Below are positions 25,711 through 42,232 of a stretch of 64,000 bases of DNA, one piece after another (positions within the stretch are counted from its first letter, which is position 1; the number at the start of each line of letters is the position of its first letter). Under the pieces are notes generated by a model that saw only the letters and a list, made by a program, of their open reading frames with translations, was not told the DNA's origin and searched no databases. The stretch covers positions 116,064,001-116,128,000 of the forward strand of contig OZ024742.1 in NCBI GenBank assembly GCA_964016885.1. The letters are read 5' to 3'. The translations under genes were made by a program, and so were the position numbers. This stretch comes from Eledone cirrhosa (lineage: Eukaryota).

Positions 25711-26842
25711 GTTGTTACTGATCATATTTATCATTTAGTCTTTTTGCTTTTTACTCATCACATGAAAAATCCAGCCACAAAAGAATCTAGCTTCTAATCC
25801 GAATGTACATTAAATATGTTAACCCTAGCTTAAATACAGATCAACGTTGTTAGAACCAAACACCCATCACATACATCATTCAGACCTCCCTCTCGCTCTA
25901 CATTCACTGGTTCAATATCTCACATATATTTAAACATATATGCTCACTTGCACACGCGCTCATGCCCACAGATACGATATGCCATTCAGATCACGCACCC
26001 ACATACACACTCATGCACATTATACAACATATCAACACATGCCAGTAAGATCATTTACACATACATTACATAATCTATATTAATCCTCTCTTTGAATATC
26101 TCATGTTATATCACCTTATGATGAACTTATATTATGATTACCTCGTTTACATCTTCATTTAGTTCTCCGGGACTATTTACGTACTGATACACTCCTATAG
26201 GGGATAATAATTGGAAATATACGATTTTTTTTGTTTGTTTCTCGTTGCTTTGCTCTTGTTATTTAACTCTAAGTCAGTCTTGATCAACTGTGTCTAATTG
26301 TTATTTCACGAAGTGTTGTTGGGGTGAGGAGACAAATCATCGTTGAAAATAACTAAGAGTAATAATCCAAATGTTTTTTTTTTTAGTTCAAATCACAACG
26401 TGGTTGGTCTAAAGTGTTGCTTTTATGGGGTTTACTTTTAAGTGTTATCGTACCAATGCTAATTTTATTAACAATCACATTAAACGTAAAGAACTTTTCA
26501 TACTACTATTATCACAAATTTAATGAAGCCCTAAACTATATCCACAGAAAATCCCAGTCACCACATTCCCCTACCACGAGAAAATGTATAAATACCACCA
26601 TATCACCTTGACGGTCAGCTTTCCTGGTGATTTCCTTTGAAGGATACAGTTCTAGTCTGTAGAAGACATTTCTATATTAAATATTTATACTCTGCTATGT
26701 ATTGAGTAACTTACTTATTGTGGTTACTCCCGATTGAACACAGGATACACACACACGCATATATATATTTATGTATATATATATGCATATATAAATCTAC
26801 TTTTATATATATATATATATATATATAGTTTTAATATAGATG

Positions 26843-26893
26843 AGATTCTACAGGACTAGAACTGTTTCATTCTTTAGAAATCATCAGGAATCT
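26843..26893 (-). ncRNA. Type-I hammerhead ribozyme in pLTR (also at 29986-30036 on -)
   Basis: agattc-CTGATGA-tttct aa agaat-GAAA-cag ttctagtc ctg-TA|gaatct. Confidence 0.85.
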
Positions 26894-27352
26894 GGGTATC
26901 AAAAAATAAATATGGTATTTATAGGTCTCTTCAGGTGGTAGGAGATGGGCGTAGGTCATTGGTTGATAGAAAAGGGAATTCATTAAAAGCTAATTCTTCA
27001 AAGCTATAGTTTATATTTAGAGTAACAAAGGCAGAAAGAATTCTATAAACAAATTCAGAATGGGGTGCCACTCCTTATTTTTAAGTTTCTCTTAAGCTAA
27101 CAATGCCTAGATTTCAGGTGTCTATAAGAAAATTGGGGGTCAGTCATGGTTGATGGATTTAAAGAAAAGGGAAATTCTTTAAAAGCTAATTCTTTAAGGT
27201 TCTACTTAGTGACAAAGGCCTAGAGAATTCTATAGACTAGTTCAAAATATTGAGTGCATATCATACCATTATCTTCAAATTTCTCTTAAACTATAATTCA
27301 AAAGTCAACAGACGCATTCACAATCACACTCACTCACACACTCGCGCGCACC

Positions 27353-27691
27353 CACATCGGCATGAATTCCAATAATTTTAAGACCCGTTGATATGCCCAT
27401 TCCCACTCCTTCAGAAGACCAGACAAATCAAACCAGACAACACTCGCCACCTATGTTTGGGACCTCAAAAGGAACTCCACCCCCTTCACGCTTAAATGGA
27501 AAATACCTTAGTAAGCGCGCACTTACAACGGAGGACACAAGGGCTGCGACCTTTGTATCTCAGAGAGTTACGGAATTTTATTCGCCAAGGGCCCGCTAAT
27601 GAACAAACTCTCTGAACACTGCCCGAACTGCATGCACAAGAACTTTGCAAATTTCAAATAACTTAAGCCAGTGTTAAAGGCCGATGGCTAA
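27353..27691 (+). pseudogene. PLE GIY-YIG endonuclease C-terminal remnant (second copy at 30175-30415)
   Basis: HIGMNSNNFKTR*YAHSHSF...TTLATYVWDLK...LKWKI...YNGGHKGCDLCISE...CMHK. Confidence 0.85.
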
Positions 27692-27859
27692 AAACGACCT
27701 CCTCCTTTTAGCCCCTCTACCTCCTCCGCATCCTACCCCCACCCCTCCTCAACCTGAAATACGGCCATTATGGTTATGTGAGTACCTCTTACCTATCTGC
27801 ATTTTCTGCCTGTAGAGCTGTTTTTATGTGCCTGTGTACATGCGTGTATTTATTGAGTA

Positions 27860-29180
<1,321 letters not shown>

Positions 29181-29185
<5 letters not shown>

Positions 29186-29760
29186 AGATAAGCAGAACAA
29201 GCAACATTCAACCAATTTTTCAAAATGAATCAAAATTAAAAAAATATAATATACATATTTACCTATTCAAATAGTCCTTACTGTACAGTTTCACTTTGCA
29301 AAACATTAGATATCACATGGATATTAATGGAAAAACAAAGATCATCAGAGAAGCATTTTCCTTTCCTAGGGTTAAAAACGTCAGGAACGATAAAATATAT
29401 GACGTCGTCTCCAACTGACACGAGTCTAAAGGTGGTAAAAGTGACCCGTATGTTCGCTGGTGTGAAGTGAAGGCGGGAAATCGTAGACTTGTTGTCTATA
29501 GTCGCCACTAAAAAAAATAGCAGCTAGATAGAACGACAAATTTGTTCTCTACATAACGGAGTATAATGATTAAAGTTAATATATCTGTGGGTACAAGGTA
29601 CCCCCAGAAATACATAGGTTGTCTATGATTCAAGGTGGTTCTATGGTAATAATTTGATATACCAGAACTTAATATCAAGATAAGCAGAACAAGCAAAATT
29701 CAACCAATTTTTCAAAATAAATCAAAATTAATTTACAATTAAAATTAATCAAAATTAAAA
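29181..29760 (-). mobile_element. Partial-tandem element (492-bp period) with HHR at 29275-29352
   Basis: Direct repeats at 29181 and 29673. Minus strand: ttct-CTGATGA-t ctttg...caaag t-GAAA-ctgtacag-TA|agga, with palindromic ACTGTACAGT. Confidence 0.75.
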
Positions 29761-30798
29761 AATATAATATAAATATTTATATATATATATATATATGTAT
29801 ATATGTGTGTATATATGTATATATATGTATGTGTATGTTTATGTATGTATATGTAGATGTGTGTATATATGTATATATATATATATGTGTATATATATAG
29901 TACGTTAAACCCGGTTGAATCGGACGTAACCACAGTAAGTAAGGTACTCAATACATTGCAGAGTATAAAAGTTTTAATATAAATGAGATTCTACAGGGCT
30001 AGAACTGTTTCATTCTTTAGAAATCATCAGGAATCTGGGTATAAAAAATAAATATGGTATTTATAGGTCTCTACAAGTGGTAGGAGAGGGCGGGGAGTGG
30101 GATGGGTGTAGGTCATTGGTTGATAGAAAAGGGAATTCATTAAAAGCTAATTCTACAAAGCTATAGTTTATTTTTATACGTTTGGGACCTCAAAAGGAAC
30201 TCCACCCCCTTCACGCTTAAATGGAAAATACTCCAGAAGCGCGCTCTTACAACGGAGGACACAAGGGCTGCGACCTTTGTATTTCAGAGAGCTACGAAAT
30301 TTTATTCGCCAAGGGCCCGCTACTAAACAAACTCTCTGAACACTGGCCGAACTGCATGCACAAGAACTTTGCAACGTTCAAACACTTTAAGCCAGTGTTA
30401 AAGCCCGATGTCTAAAAACGACCTCCCCCTATTGGCCCCTATACCTCCTTCCCACCCTACCCCCACCCCTCCCCAACCTGAAATACGGCCACTATGGTTA
30501 TGTGAGTACCTCTTTCCTATCTACATTTTCTGCCTGTAGAGGTGTTTTTATGTGCCTGCGTATATGCGTATATTTATTGAGTACTTATTTATTTGTATGT
30601 GTATATTTTTGTGTGTATGTGTGTATATGTATGTGTATGTATATATATATACATGTATGTGTGTATGTGTGTTTTATGTGTGTATATTTATGTATGTATA
30701 TATATGTATATATGTATATATATGTGTATATATATATATGTATATATATGTATGTGTATATATGTGTATGTATGTGTATGTATGTATACATGTATATG

Positions 30799-30843
<45 letters not shown>

Positions 30844-30917
30844 ATGTGTGTATGTGTGTGTGTGTGTATATATATATGTGTGTGTGTGCAGGTGTGTATA
30901 TATATATGTGTATATGT

Positions 30918-30982
<65 letters not shown>

Positions 30983-31244
30983 CGTGAGAGAGAGTGTGTG
31001 TATATATATTTGTGTGTATGTGTGTATGCGTGTATATATATGTATATATGTGTGTATATATGCGTATATATGTTTGTATATATGTGTATATTTATGTATA
31101 TGTCTGTGTATGTATGTGTATATATGTATATATATAGATATATATGTATATATATATATATATTTATATATGTGCATGTGTATGTGTGTGTGTGTATATA
31201 TATGTGTATATGTGTGTGTGTGTATATGTGTGGGTATATGTATG

Positions 31245-31289
<45 letters not shown>

Positions 31290-31493
31290 GTATATATGTA
31301 TATATATATTTGTATATGTATGTATGTATGTTTCTGTGTATGTATGTATGTATGTGTGTGTATGTGTGTATATGTATATATGTGTATATATATTATGTGT
31401 GTGTGTATGTGTATATATATGTGTATATGTATATTTGTGTATATATATATGTATATATATATATATATATATGTGTATATGTATATATGTGTG

Positions 31494-31524
<31 letters not shown>

Positions 31525-31587
31525 GTGTATATATATATATGTGTATATATGTGTATGTATTTGTGTATGTATGTATGTGTGTGTGTA

Positions 31588-31637
<50 letters not shown>

Positions 31638-31743
31638 TATATGTATGTATGGTGCTTTTTCCTTATATATGTGTATATGTGTGTGTGTGTGTATATATAT
31701 ATATGTATGTATGTGTGTGTGTATGTATATGTATATATTTGTT

Positions 31744-31812
<69 letters not shown>

Positions 31813-32055
31813 TTGTGTGTATGTGTTTGTGTATGTGTGTATATATATATGTATATGTGTGCATATATATGTATTGTATATATATATGTATGTATATATG
31901 TGTATATATATATATATAGTATACTAGGGAGAGGATCAGGGGTGTATAACTCTCCACTTATCCAGCAGGCAGTATAAGGTTAGCTCGATGTCTGAGGACA
32001 GAGCCGTGATATAATAAATAACAAAGAACGCCTATAGCATATGCATATCTTTACT

Positions 32056-32101
32056 TGCTAACATTGTTTCATCCGCACTATAAGTGGGACTCATCAGAGC
32101 A
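32056..32101 (-). ncRNA. Type-I hammerhead ribozyme candidate in nested element 31920-32940
   Basis: tgct-CTGATGA-gtcccac ttata gtgcggat-GAAA-caatg-TT|agca. Confidence 0.75.
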
Positions 32102-32695
32102 TAAAGGTTAATTACATACCACACAAGCAATAACAAATCCAAGACATTGAAGAATGAAAAATAATAGAAGATAAAGGATATTAAGGAAGTAAAAGTAAAA
32201 ATAAAAATAAAAATAAAAATAAAAATAATAAAATAAACAATGAAAAATAAGGGGTGCTATCAGTCACAGTTGGGCGGGGTGCTGTCAACATATAGTTACA
32301 TACAAGCATACACATGGATAAGAGAACAGACAAGAGTAGATAAGATAGATAGGATTAGGTAAGAGTAGGTAAAAAATAGGTGAAAAATAGGTAAAAAATA
32401 GACTTATAATATATATAAGAAAATATAAAAAAATATAACAAACATACATATAAAATATAAAATATACAGATAATAGTGATACAGGGTAAGGAATGAAATA
32501 AAATAATATAAAATTAAAATTAAAATTATATAAAATAGAACATAATATAATATAATCATAAAATAAGATAAAATAAGGTAAACTAAAATAAAATAAAATA
32601 GACTAAAATAAAATAATATAATATAAGATATAATTAAATGTAATTAAATAAATAAATAAATAAAATTAAATAAATAAATATAATTAAAATTAAAA

Positions 32696-32727
<32 letters not shown>

Positions 32728-33134
32728 GTAAATAAATAAATAAATGAAATTATATAAATAAATAAATAAAATTAAATAAAATGAAATGAAATAAAATAAA
32801 ATAAAATAAAGTAAATTGAGATAAGATATATATTTTTTTAGAATATATCTCTTGAATATATCAGGGGCCCACGAAGGCACTAAGTGTCACAGTTATCAGT
32901 ATCAAGTGATACTTAATGACAAGGAATGGTATGCCATCCGGAACCTGTTTATAGAATTCTGTCTGCCTTTGTTACTCTAAAAACAAAAATTAATAAAAAT
33001 AAACTATAGCTTTGTAGAATTAGCTTTTAATGAATTCCCTTTTCTATCAACCAATGACCTACACCCATCCCACTCCCCACCCTCTCCTACCACTTGTAGA
33101 GACCTATAAATACCATATTTATTTTTTGATACCC

Positions 33135-33185
33135 AGATTCCTGATGATTTCTAAAGAATGAAACAGTTCTAGTCCTGTAGAATCT
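33135..33185 (+). ncRNA. Type-I hammerhead ribozyme in pLTR (identical motif at 34901-34951; degenerate at ~26620, ~50880, ~57185)
   Basis: agattc-CTGATGA-tttctaaagaat-GAAA-cagttctagtcctg-TA|gaatct; 6-bp stem I, GUA site. Confidence 0.85.
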
Positions 33186-33215
33186 CATGTATATTAAAAC
33201 TATGTATATATATAT

Positions 33216-34350
33216 ATCACTGCTGAGGGACTCATTTTATAACATGTTATCCATGTGCAACCATGCAGTATTCTTCTCCCCATTTTTTTCACATATATTT
33301 AACTAAACTGCGATTCTGTTTTTCTCTCTCTCTCTCTTACTGCTCCCCCGTTCTCTCTGTTTCTCTCACTTTCTTTAGTCCCCTCTGTCATGTCAGTTAA
33401 CACTTTCTCTCTAATGACCTCTTCCTCGCACTTCCACTCACTCACTCACTGTTTCTCCCCTTCTCAGTTCCCCCCGTTCGCGACGAAAACGACTCTGGTT
33501 CTTTTTTACATCGGATTCATCTCGAAAGGTTTATTTCTTACTCGCTCATATATTCACCCAGCTTATACTGATAGAATAACTATGTTGCTTGTGTTTATTT
33601 CCATCTTCGGTTAGCTTTCCCCTGTGTTGTGTAATTTTCTCACTTGCTTTACGCGTTTTAATTGTCCTAATAACTTATTTTAGTTATTATTGCACCAACG
33701 TGAGGTATATGATTTTTAATGCAATGAAATACCTATGACCGTTGGCAAATCACTAATGAGGGACTCATTTTATAACATGTTATCCATGTGCAACCATTCA
33801 GTATCCTTCTCCCCATATTTTTCACATATATTTACCTAAACTGCGATTCTGTTTTTCTCTCTCTCTCTCTTACTGCTCCCTCGTCCTCTCTCTTTCTCTC
33901 ACTTTCTTTCGTCCCCTCTGTCATGTCAGTTAACACTTTCTCTCTTCTGACCTCTTCCTCGCACTTCCACTCACTCACTCACTGTTTCTCACCTTCTCAC
34001 TTCCCCCCGTTCGCGACGAAAACGATTCTCCTTCTTTCTTACATCGGATTCATCATGAAAGGTCTATTTCTTACTCGCTCATATATTCACCCAGCTTATA
34101 CTGATAGAATAACTATGTAGCTTGTGTTTCTTCCTATCTTCGGTTAGTTCCCCCCTGTGTTGTGTTCTTGTCTCACTCGCTTTACGCGTTTTAATTGTCC
34201 TAATAACTTATTTTAGTTATTATTGCACCAACGTGAGGTATTTTTAATGCAATGAAATACCTATGACCGTTGGCAAATCACTGATGAGGGACTCATTTTA
34301 TAACATGTTATCCATGTGCAACCATGTAGTATTCTTCTCCCCATATTTTT

Positions 34351-34355
<5 letters not shown>
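33216..34355 (+). mobile_element. 533-bp tandem (~2.1 copies), TA-flanked, carrying a permuted hammerhead-like motif; relative of 1194-2058
   Basis: gcaccaacgtgaggta recurs (tgagg at 33701 and 34234); CTGATGA at 34281-34287. Confidence 0.8.
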
Positions 34356-34407
<52 letters not shown>

Positions 34408-35547
34408 GTATGTGTGGGTGTATGTGGGTGCGCGCGAGTGTGTGAGTGAGTGTGTTTGTGAATGTGTCTGTTGACTTTTGGATTATAGATTAAGAGAAAT
34501 TTGAAGGTAATGATATGATATGCACTCAATATTTTGAACTGGTCTATAGAATTCTCTAGGCCTTTGTCACTAAGTAGAACCTTAAAGAATTAGCTTTTAA
34601 AGAATTTCCCTTTTCTTTAAATCAATCAACCACGACTGACCCACAATGATCTTATAGACACCTGAAATCTAGGCATTGTTAGCTTAAGAGAAACTTAAAA
34701 ATAAGGAGTGGCACCCAATTCTGAATTTGTTTATAGAATTCTTTCTGCCTTTGTCACTCTAAATATAAACTATAGCTTTGAAAAATTAGCTTTTAATGAA
34801 TTCCCTTTTCTATCAACCAATGACCTACATCCATCCCACTCCCTACCCTCTCCTACCACCTGAAGAGACGTATAAATACCATATGTATTGTTTGATACCC
34901 AGATTCCTGATGATTTCTAAAGAATGAAACAGTTCTAGTCCTGTAGAATCTCATCTATATTAAAACTGTCATACTCTGCAATGTATTGAGTACCTTACTT
35001 ACTGTGGTTACCTCCAATTTAACCCGGAATAACGTATATATATATATATGTATATATACGTGTGTATATATATTTATATATGCATATTATTTGTTCGGCG
35101 GTGTGTGAACATATACCTGCACGTACATGTTTCTATATTCTCTATCCTCATTTACATGTGTATCCACACCGATCAGCGCATACTTACGTACGAGCCTAAA
35201 TCCAATAACATTGTAATTAATGTTCTCATTATTATTACTTTTACTATTACTAATACTAATACCATCTTTTTTGTTTATCACTTCACGGTTATCATCATCA
35301 TTTTCGAAATATGTTAGCTGGAAATCATGTGTCTATTTTATAAAAAAAACATTAGTCTCTTGATTTGTTGATAGTAAAACTCTGCGTATGGAAGCTGTTA
35401 GAGCAGCAAAATACCGTCGACGCTTTGCTGTGTAAAATATTACCTCGAAGGACAGAGATCCGCGGCTCGATTTGAGTTGATTCAAAGGAAAGTAGAGAAG
35501 ATAGGAAGGAAGAAAGGAGGAAATAGAATGGCTGAAAGAGAACAGAT

Positions 35548-35767
<220 letters not shown>

Positions 35768-35768
35768 G

Positions 35769-35850
<82 letters not shown>

Positions 35851-35855
<5 letters not shown>

Positions 35856-36640
35856 GAGTGACCCGAATCTTCCTGATCGTAATTTTTCGGTCGTATGGTT
35901 GATTTTAGACATAATCTATGTGTGTTGGTATTTTAACGATAGTTATAGCTCTGATTTATCTGAATTATTGAGCCCTCTGCCACTCATGTCGAATTTTGTT
36001 TAGCGTGAACTCGTGCGCCGATTTTTCGATGCTCGATTATTCTACTATATTTAGCTCTAGACTTAGCTATTGACCAGTTAATTTTATTGTTCATTTTTTG
36101 TCGATTCTATTAAATGATGAATAGCTCCTGTTTATTTTAACATGTCTATTGAGCACTCTTATTCGATATGTGATTTTCCACATTCCCGAATATTTTTCGC
36201 GGATATAGAGGTTATCTCCCTTGCTGGATTCCATGTGCGTTTTCAGCTAGGGTTGGCTTTTTTATTCGTCTGGACAAAGCTCGTTGATAAAGTATTTCCT
36301 GTCCGCCGCTCTCTAGAAGTCTTATATATTTTTATGTGGGCTGATAGTGGGCGGTTTAAGGATTTACAGAAACCCAAGAAGCTAGATTTACCATCTTTCT
36401 AGTGGGTCCGGATAAGCTTTTTACATTCACATGATTTATTGATTTATTGTTAATTTATCTGAGTGACCCGAATCTTCCTGATCGTAATTTTTCGGTCGTA
36501 TGGTTGATTTTAGACATAATCTATGCGTGTTGGTATTTTAACGATAGTTATAGCTCTGATTATTGAGCCCTCTGCCACTCATGTCGAATTTTGTTTATCG
36601 TGAACTCGTGCGCCGATTTTTCGATACTCGATTATTCTAC
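35851..36640. mobile_element. TA-flanked partial-tandem element (605-bp period, ~190-bp direct repeats); no ribozyme recognised
   Basis: 35851-36045 matches 36456-36640; follows a ~300-bp (TA)n. Confidence 0.7.
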
Positions 36641-36641
36641 G

Positions 36642-36675
<34 letters not shown>

Positions 36676-36892
36676 GTGTGTGTGTGCGTGTGTATGTGTG
36701 TATATAGACAAATAGTAAAAAGGAAAACATTCTGTAGAATATGCTTTTTCAACTGTGGATGAGCAAAGTGCAGTTAAGTTGCATATTTATACGAATAATG
36801 ATAAAATGGGGAAGGAAAATTATTGGTTTTGACATATATATATATATATATATATATACTTAAATATTCGTATGCATGTGTGTATATATATA

Positions 36893-36931
<39 letters not shown>

Positions 36932-36938
36932 TGCATAC

Positions 36939-37035
<97 letters not shown>

Positions 37036-37114
37036 CATATATATATATGGTTAGTATCAGAAGATCCCGTTAAGAGTGAAAGCAGCGATTCTTTGCTTAA
37101 ACTTTAATCTGTTA

Positions 37115-37253
<139 letters not shown>

Positions 37254-37763
37254 GAAGAGAGGTGGCTGTGTAGTTGCTGGATAAGGTATACTTAAAAATA
37301 AGAAGAAAGCCTGAAAACAGAAGAAAGTTTAGCTCATCAGTTGTCTGCTGGGGTCCTTGGCTATTTCTATGCATTAAAGAAAAGATATCTCGCCCCAGTG
37401 CGTTAAATAACTAAGGTAAGTAACTGGGAAAAAAGGATGGAGAGATAGAAAGTATAGGGTAACAGAAGGGAAAAGGGAAGAAAAAATAAAGGAGAAAAAC
37501 ATCGAAAAAAAAAACGGATACAACAAATCGAACAGTCTGTGAGCGACTCGAAAAAAGAAAACTAAAGTCAATGACAATTACTGAACACAAGTGTTGTTAG
37601 TACTCAAAGGAACTGGAACCATATGATTCCAGTTCCTTTGAGGACTAACAATACACCCAGGGGCTGGACATATCGATGAATTAACAGCGTAGAATGCACT
37701 ACAACATCATGTTTCTCTGTATTTTCTAAATTCTCACTGCCTGGTGGGGTCATAGCCAATAAT

Positions 37764-37947
37764 TGTTTCTACTTTTGGCACAAGGCCAGCAATTATATCA
37801 GTGTATTACTGGTACTTTATTTTATCGACCCCGTAAGGATGAAAGGCAAAGTTAACCTCGGCGGGATTTGAAATGAGAATGGCAAGCGCCGTAACTCTAT
37901 GCGTCAAGGCATGGTGTCCGCTCCTCTACCGATACTGCCAATCCACC
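37764..37947 (-). mobile_element. tRNA-derived SINE with 18-bp target-site duplication
   Basis: TSD ggggtcatagccaataat (37746-37763) / ggggccatagccaataat (37948-37965). Confidence 0.9.
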
Positions 37948-38035
37948 GGGGCCATAGCCAATAATGGCTGCCATTGCATAGCAGCGAATTTGATTAAACG
38001 AAGCCAACTGTAACATGTTGACTAACACTTATTAT

Positions 38036-38137
<102 letters not shown>

Positions 38138-38727
38138 TCAATGTTTTTTGGGCTTTTTAGTTAATTCTATTGATTGATTAATCGCTTAAGTTTATTTTAA
38201 AAACAACTCGGTAGAGAGCTTAATTCGTCTTGTGCGGATTTTGCAAATGTTTTCAATAACTACATATGCTGAATTCCCTGGCCACAATAGGGGTTTTGTC
38301 CCCTTAGAATCTCACAAGTGCTTTTATAACCTGCGAGATTCTGGCGCAAGAAGAACAAAAACCTGTTGACAAAGCGATGTCTTGTTCGATGATTATACCA
38401 AAAGCTTATTTTTTATAAGTAGACAGTATTATTTATTTAGGTGTCCCAGAAACCCAATTTCGGAGTATTCCACCTTCCCCGAGTGTCCGGGTAAATATTT
38501 GAATCATATCTCATTTTGTTTGACCCGTTTAGAGTGTTCGCTTTTTTGGCTATGGTGATTAATGGCTTCTTAACCATCGTCTCAGCGTGTATGACCATTT
38601 TAACTTATGATTATAGCTCTGGTATCATCTTCTTCATATCCATGGAGCGCTTGTCTGTACAATATGGAAGTTGCATTTCGCTAATTACTACCCGCCGAAA
38701 TGCGATTCCCAGCTAAATTTATATTTG

Positions 38728-38801
<74 letters not shown>

Positions 38802-39081
38802 AATATATGTATAGTTTATTTGGCAATATACCGTATGATAATTTAAAACATTTTCAAGAACATGCGCTATCGGTTTTAAAGTAGTGACTATGTCACTTGC
38901 TTCTTTTCGGCGAAAGAAGGGAGAAAATCTATCAGTCTGTTTTACGCTGTTGGCGATCATCAGAGACACACACTCCCCGCTTTTGCCGAAAATTATAGAA
39001 GCTGGATTCTTATAGAATTCCAGTAATAATCAGGAGCTCATTATACAGAGCAATTGCCGGTCAGAATATACATATATACAC

Positions 39082-39175
<94 letters not shown>

Positions 39176-40834
39176 CGTAAAATAAGAAAATTATAAAATT
39201 AACTTACTTACTAAAATATCACTTCCAACTAATTAATTTCTGGAATGGAATAAATATATTTTCCGAAGAAGATACAAAGAAGCATTCCGTCGTCAGGTAG
39301 GTCTATTCTCATCTAAGTATCCAGGCAAAGCGTGGACACTGGAAACTTATTAAAAAATAATTCAGTGGATAGGAAATAGCAAAGCGTGGACTGAATTCCT
39401 AGCCATTGAGAAAATCACTGCCTCTGCGTATATATATATATATAATTGTGATTTCTTTTCGTACCTTTAACGTTGTATATTCGTTTGCCACACATACTTG
39501 AGGATATTTATATACACTTATGTTGATACATTTACATACATTTCTGCGCATATTTATGTGATCTTGCGTCAATTCGGCGTATTTATGACTGGGTTCATTT
39601 CTGCAGCATCTGTGTTACAATTATACTTGTCATGCTGCATGCATAGGAAAGTCAATGTATGTATATTCACATATATCTGGATGTGATTATAAATATTGTT
39701 GTTCCACTCCATACTTACATATTATCCTACCACATGTCACTATTTTGATATATGTACTTGTATTTGATCAGACACGTATATGTGTGCATTGTACATGTGC
39801 TTATTTCGAGATGAAATGATATATGTTGTAACATGTACAGAAATGTATACGTTTATACTACCTACCAATTATCTACTTTTAAATATTCTTTTCAGCTTCG
39901 CTTGACATTCATTTCTGAACTTAAGTCTGGTATTCTTTTTTCTTTGCATTAAATTAAATAATTATTTGAATTTACATATTCGTAGGTTTCGATTTGTTTT
40001 CCTTTTAGTCTGCTATCGTTCATTCTGATTTGTTTTATATTTACAACCAAACAAAAATATTTCTCGCAAATTTACTATTGTTCTTCTGACATCATTTTTG
40101 TTCACCTCTAATCTGGTCTGAATTTTATTTACACAATAAACAAATCATGCCAAGTAATTTTGTTAATATTTCTCTGGCATCAAAGCTCTTTTCATACTCG
40201 CTAATGTAAGAACATATTATTCCATAATAAAATTTATTCTTCTGGCCTTTCAAAGTTTGTTCATATATATATCCATTTCAACAATGTCAGTATTCCGTGT
40301 GTCATAATTCTCGATTATCATTGGTTCATAGGTTTCAAACGACTCCGCCCACCTCAACGACGCCAAACTTAAATTAATATGCATAATGACAATGAGGGAG
40401 TGAGAGGGGAGAGAGAGGCAAAATGAACGATGTGTTTGGATACACTATGTAAATGTGTCAGTGTAGTGACATGTGAGTGTGTGATGTGTGTGTGGAAATA
40501 AGAGGTGAAGGAAAGCAATAAATATTAACATGTGTGCGTGTGTATGTACGTGCGCGTATGTTCATGTGTGTGTGTGTGCGTGCAGCGTTCCACATGAAGT
40601 AAAAACTATCAACATGTGTGAGTGTGTGCGTGGGTGTAAGTGCACGGGTGCGTGTCTAAGTTTGTGTGCGTGTGCGCGTTTCCATGTGTGTATGTGTGTG
40701 TACTTGCGGCATCCCACAATTGCAACGCAGTTTATCTGTCTGTGTGCCTGTATGTCAGTCTGACATACACAGAGTTGTGAAGGGAGTAAATAGGGACCTT
40801 TTTTTACATTGACGGACATCTTTTATATTAATTA

Positions 40835-41174
40835 TCTATATCTACATATAATATAAAAGATTGGAACTTCCATCATCCTTTTGAGAAACGTGGAACAACC
40901 ACGTCTATGCAATGATACACGTTTTACAGTCAGGCAGAAGATGAACCATCTCCTAGAGGTCACTATTCTAGAATTGTTCATATACTATGATACAAACGGT
41001 ACAACGAAGAATCTGGTATATCTGGAAGATTTTTTTTACTGTTCTTTGTATCACACAGACGCCAGGGACTCACCACATACCGTAAGCAGACAAACATCCA
41101 ATACAGTCATTTTCTCTTTTACCTGTCTTCTCTTATCATCTGTTTACCCGGGCGAAGCTGGGTACGTCAGCTAG
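40835..41174 (+). mobile_element. Non-autonomous Helitron-like element
   Basis: A|TC start, subterminal hairpin acccgggcgaagctgggt (41146-41163), CTAG|T end. Confidence 0.7.
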
Positions 41175-42068
41175 TTAATATTTAATTTTTGAAACATAAA
41201 CCTTAATCAAAATTATAATTTACATCCGTTGTATTATTTATATCTATATACCACATTCTCTGTGTTCACTTATGTATGATACCACAAATATCTCCAAAGA
41301 ATTAACCTAAAACACTTTCAAATTACTTTCCTACCGCTACATCGTGAAGTTACGTACACACACATCCATATATATGGCCGTTTCGACAGCTACAACACTA
41401 AGTATCGAGTACTCTGGTGTGTTATGGTCAACCTGGTTCCTTACCACATTTCCTTCGTTATATATATTATGTCTGTGTGTGTGTGCATATACTCGCAGAG
41501 TACCTGCCAAAAATGACAGAGTGTGTGAGAAAATAATATTTTATTTAATGTATTCTTGATTAGGTGCCTACTGTATAGACATGCCACGCATGATAGAGAG
41601 ATAGAGAGATAAAGAACGCGTGTGCACGCATGCATATATAGATATATGCATATGCACAATCTCATCCACTCACGCATATATAGACAAACAGATATAGGTA
41701 AGACAAATATAAATTCGCATAACATTTATAAAGTTACATTTTTTTCGTCCATTTTGACGAATAGAATAAACATATAAAAATATAGTGTATATTAAAAAGA
41801 ATCATCCGATTTACATATATATACACATCGGATGATTCATTAAGATATACTCAGTATATATTTCTTTGTGGTAAACGTAGGCTGCTAAATTTAAATGTAT
41901 TATAACGTACAAAACTTTAGTTAACCGTCTTCTTCACTGATTAAAGTATAAGTATACACTGTAATCAGTTATATTCGAATTTTAATAATACGGACTTAAT
42001 CAAATTATTGAGTGAGTGAAGAAATGACCGAAGCTGTATACATTCTATTGATAATCTTCGCTCCTTAA

Positions 42069-42125
<57 letters not shown>

Positions 42126-42130
42126 TGTGC

Positions 42131-42163
<33 letters not shown>

Positions 42164-42165
42164 GG

Positions 42166-42232
<67 letters not shown>

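Noticed and set aside
27385-27395. In-frame TGA as selenocysteine (some Naiad PLEs encode selenoproteins)
   Set aside because: The TGA falls at a conserved Trp (KTR*Y vs KDRWY). Cys motifs in all PLE remnants use TGY, and other stops are TAA/TAG.
38190-38700. Possible very decayed endonuclease-coding fragment on the minus strand
   Set aside because: Only vague motif resemblance with many stops; not supportable without a search.
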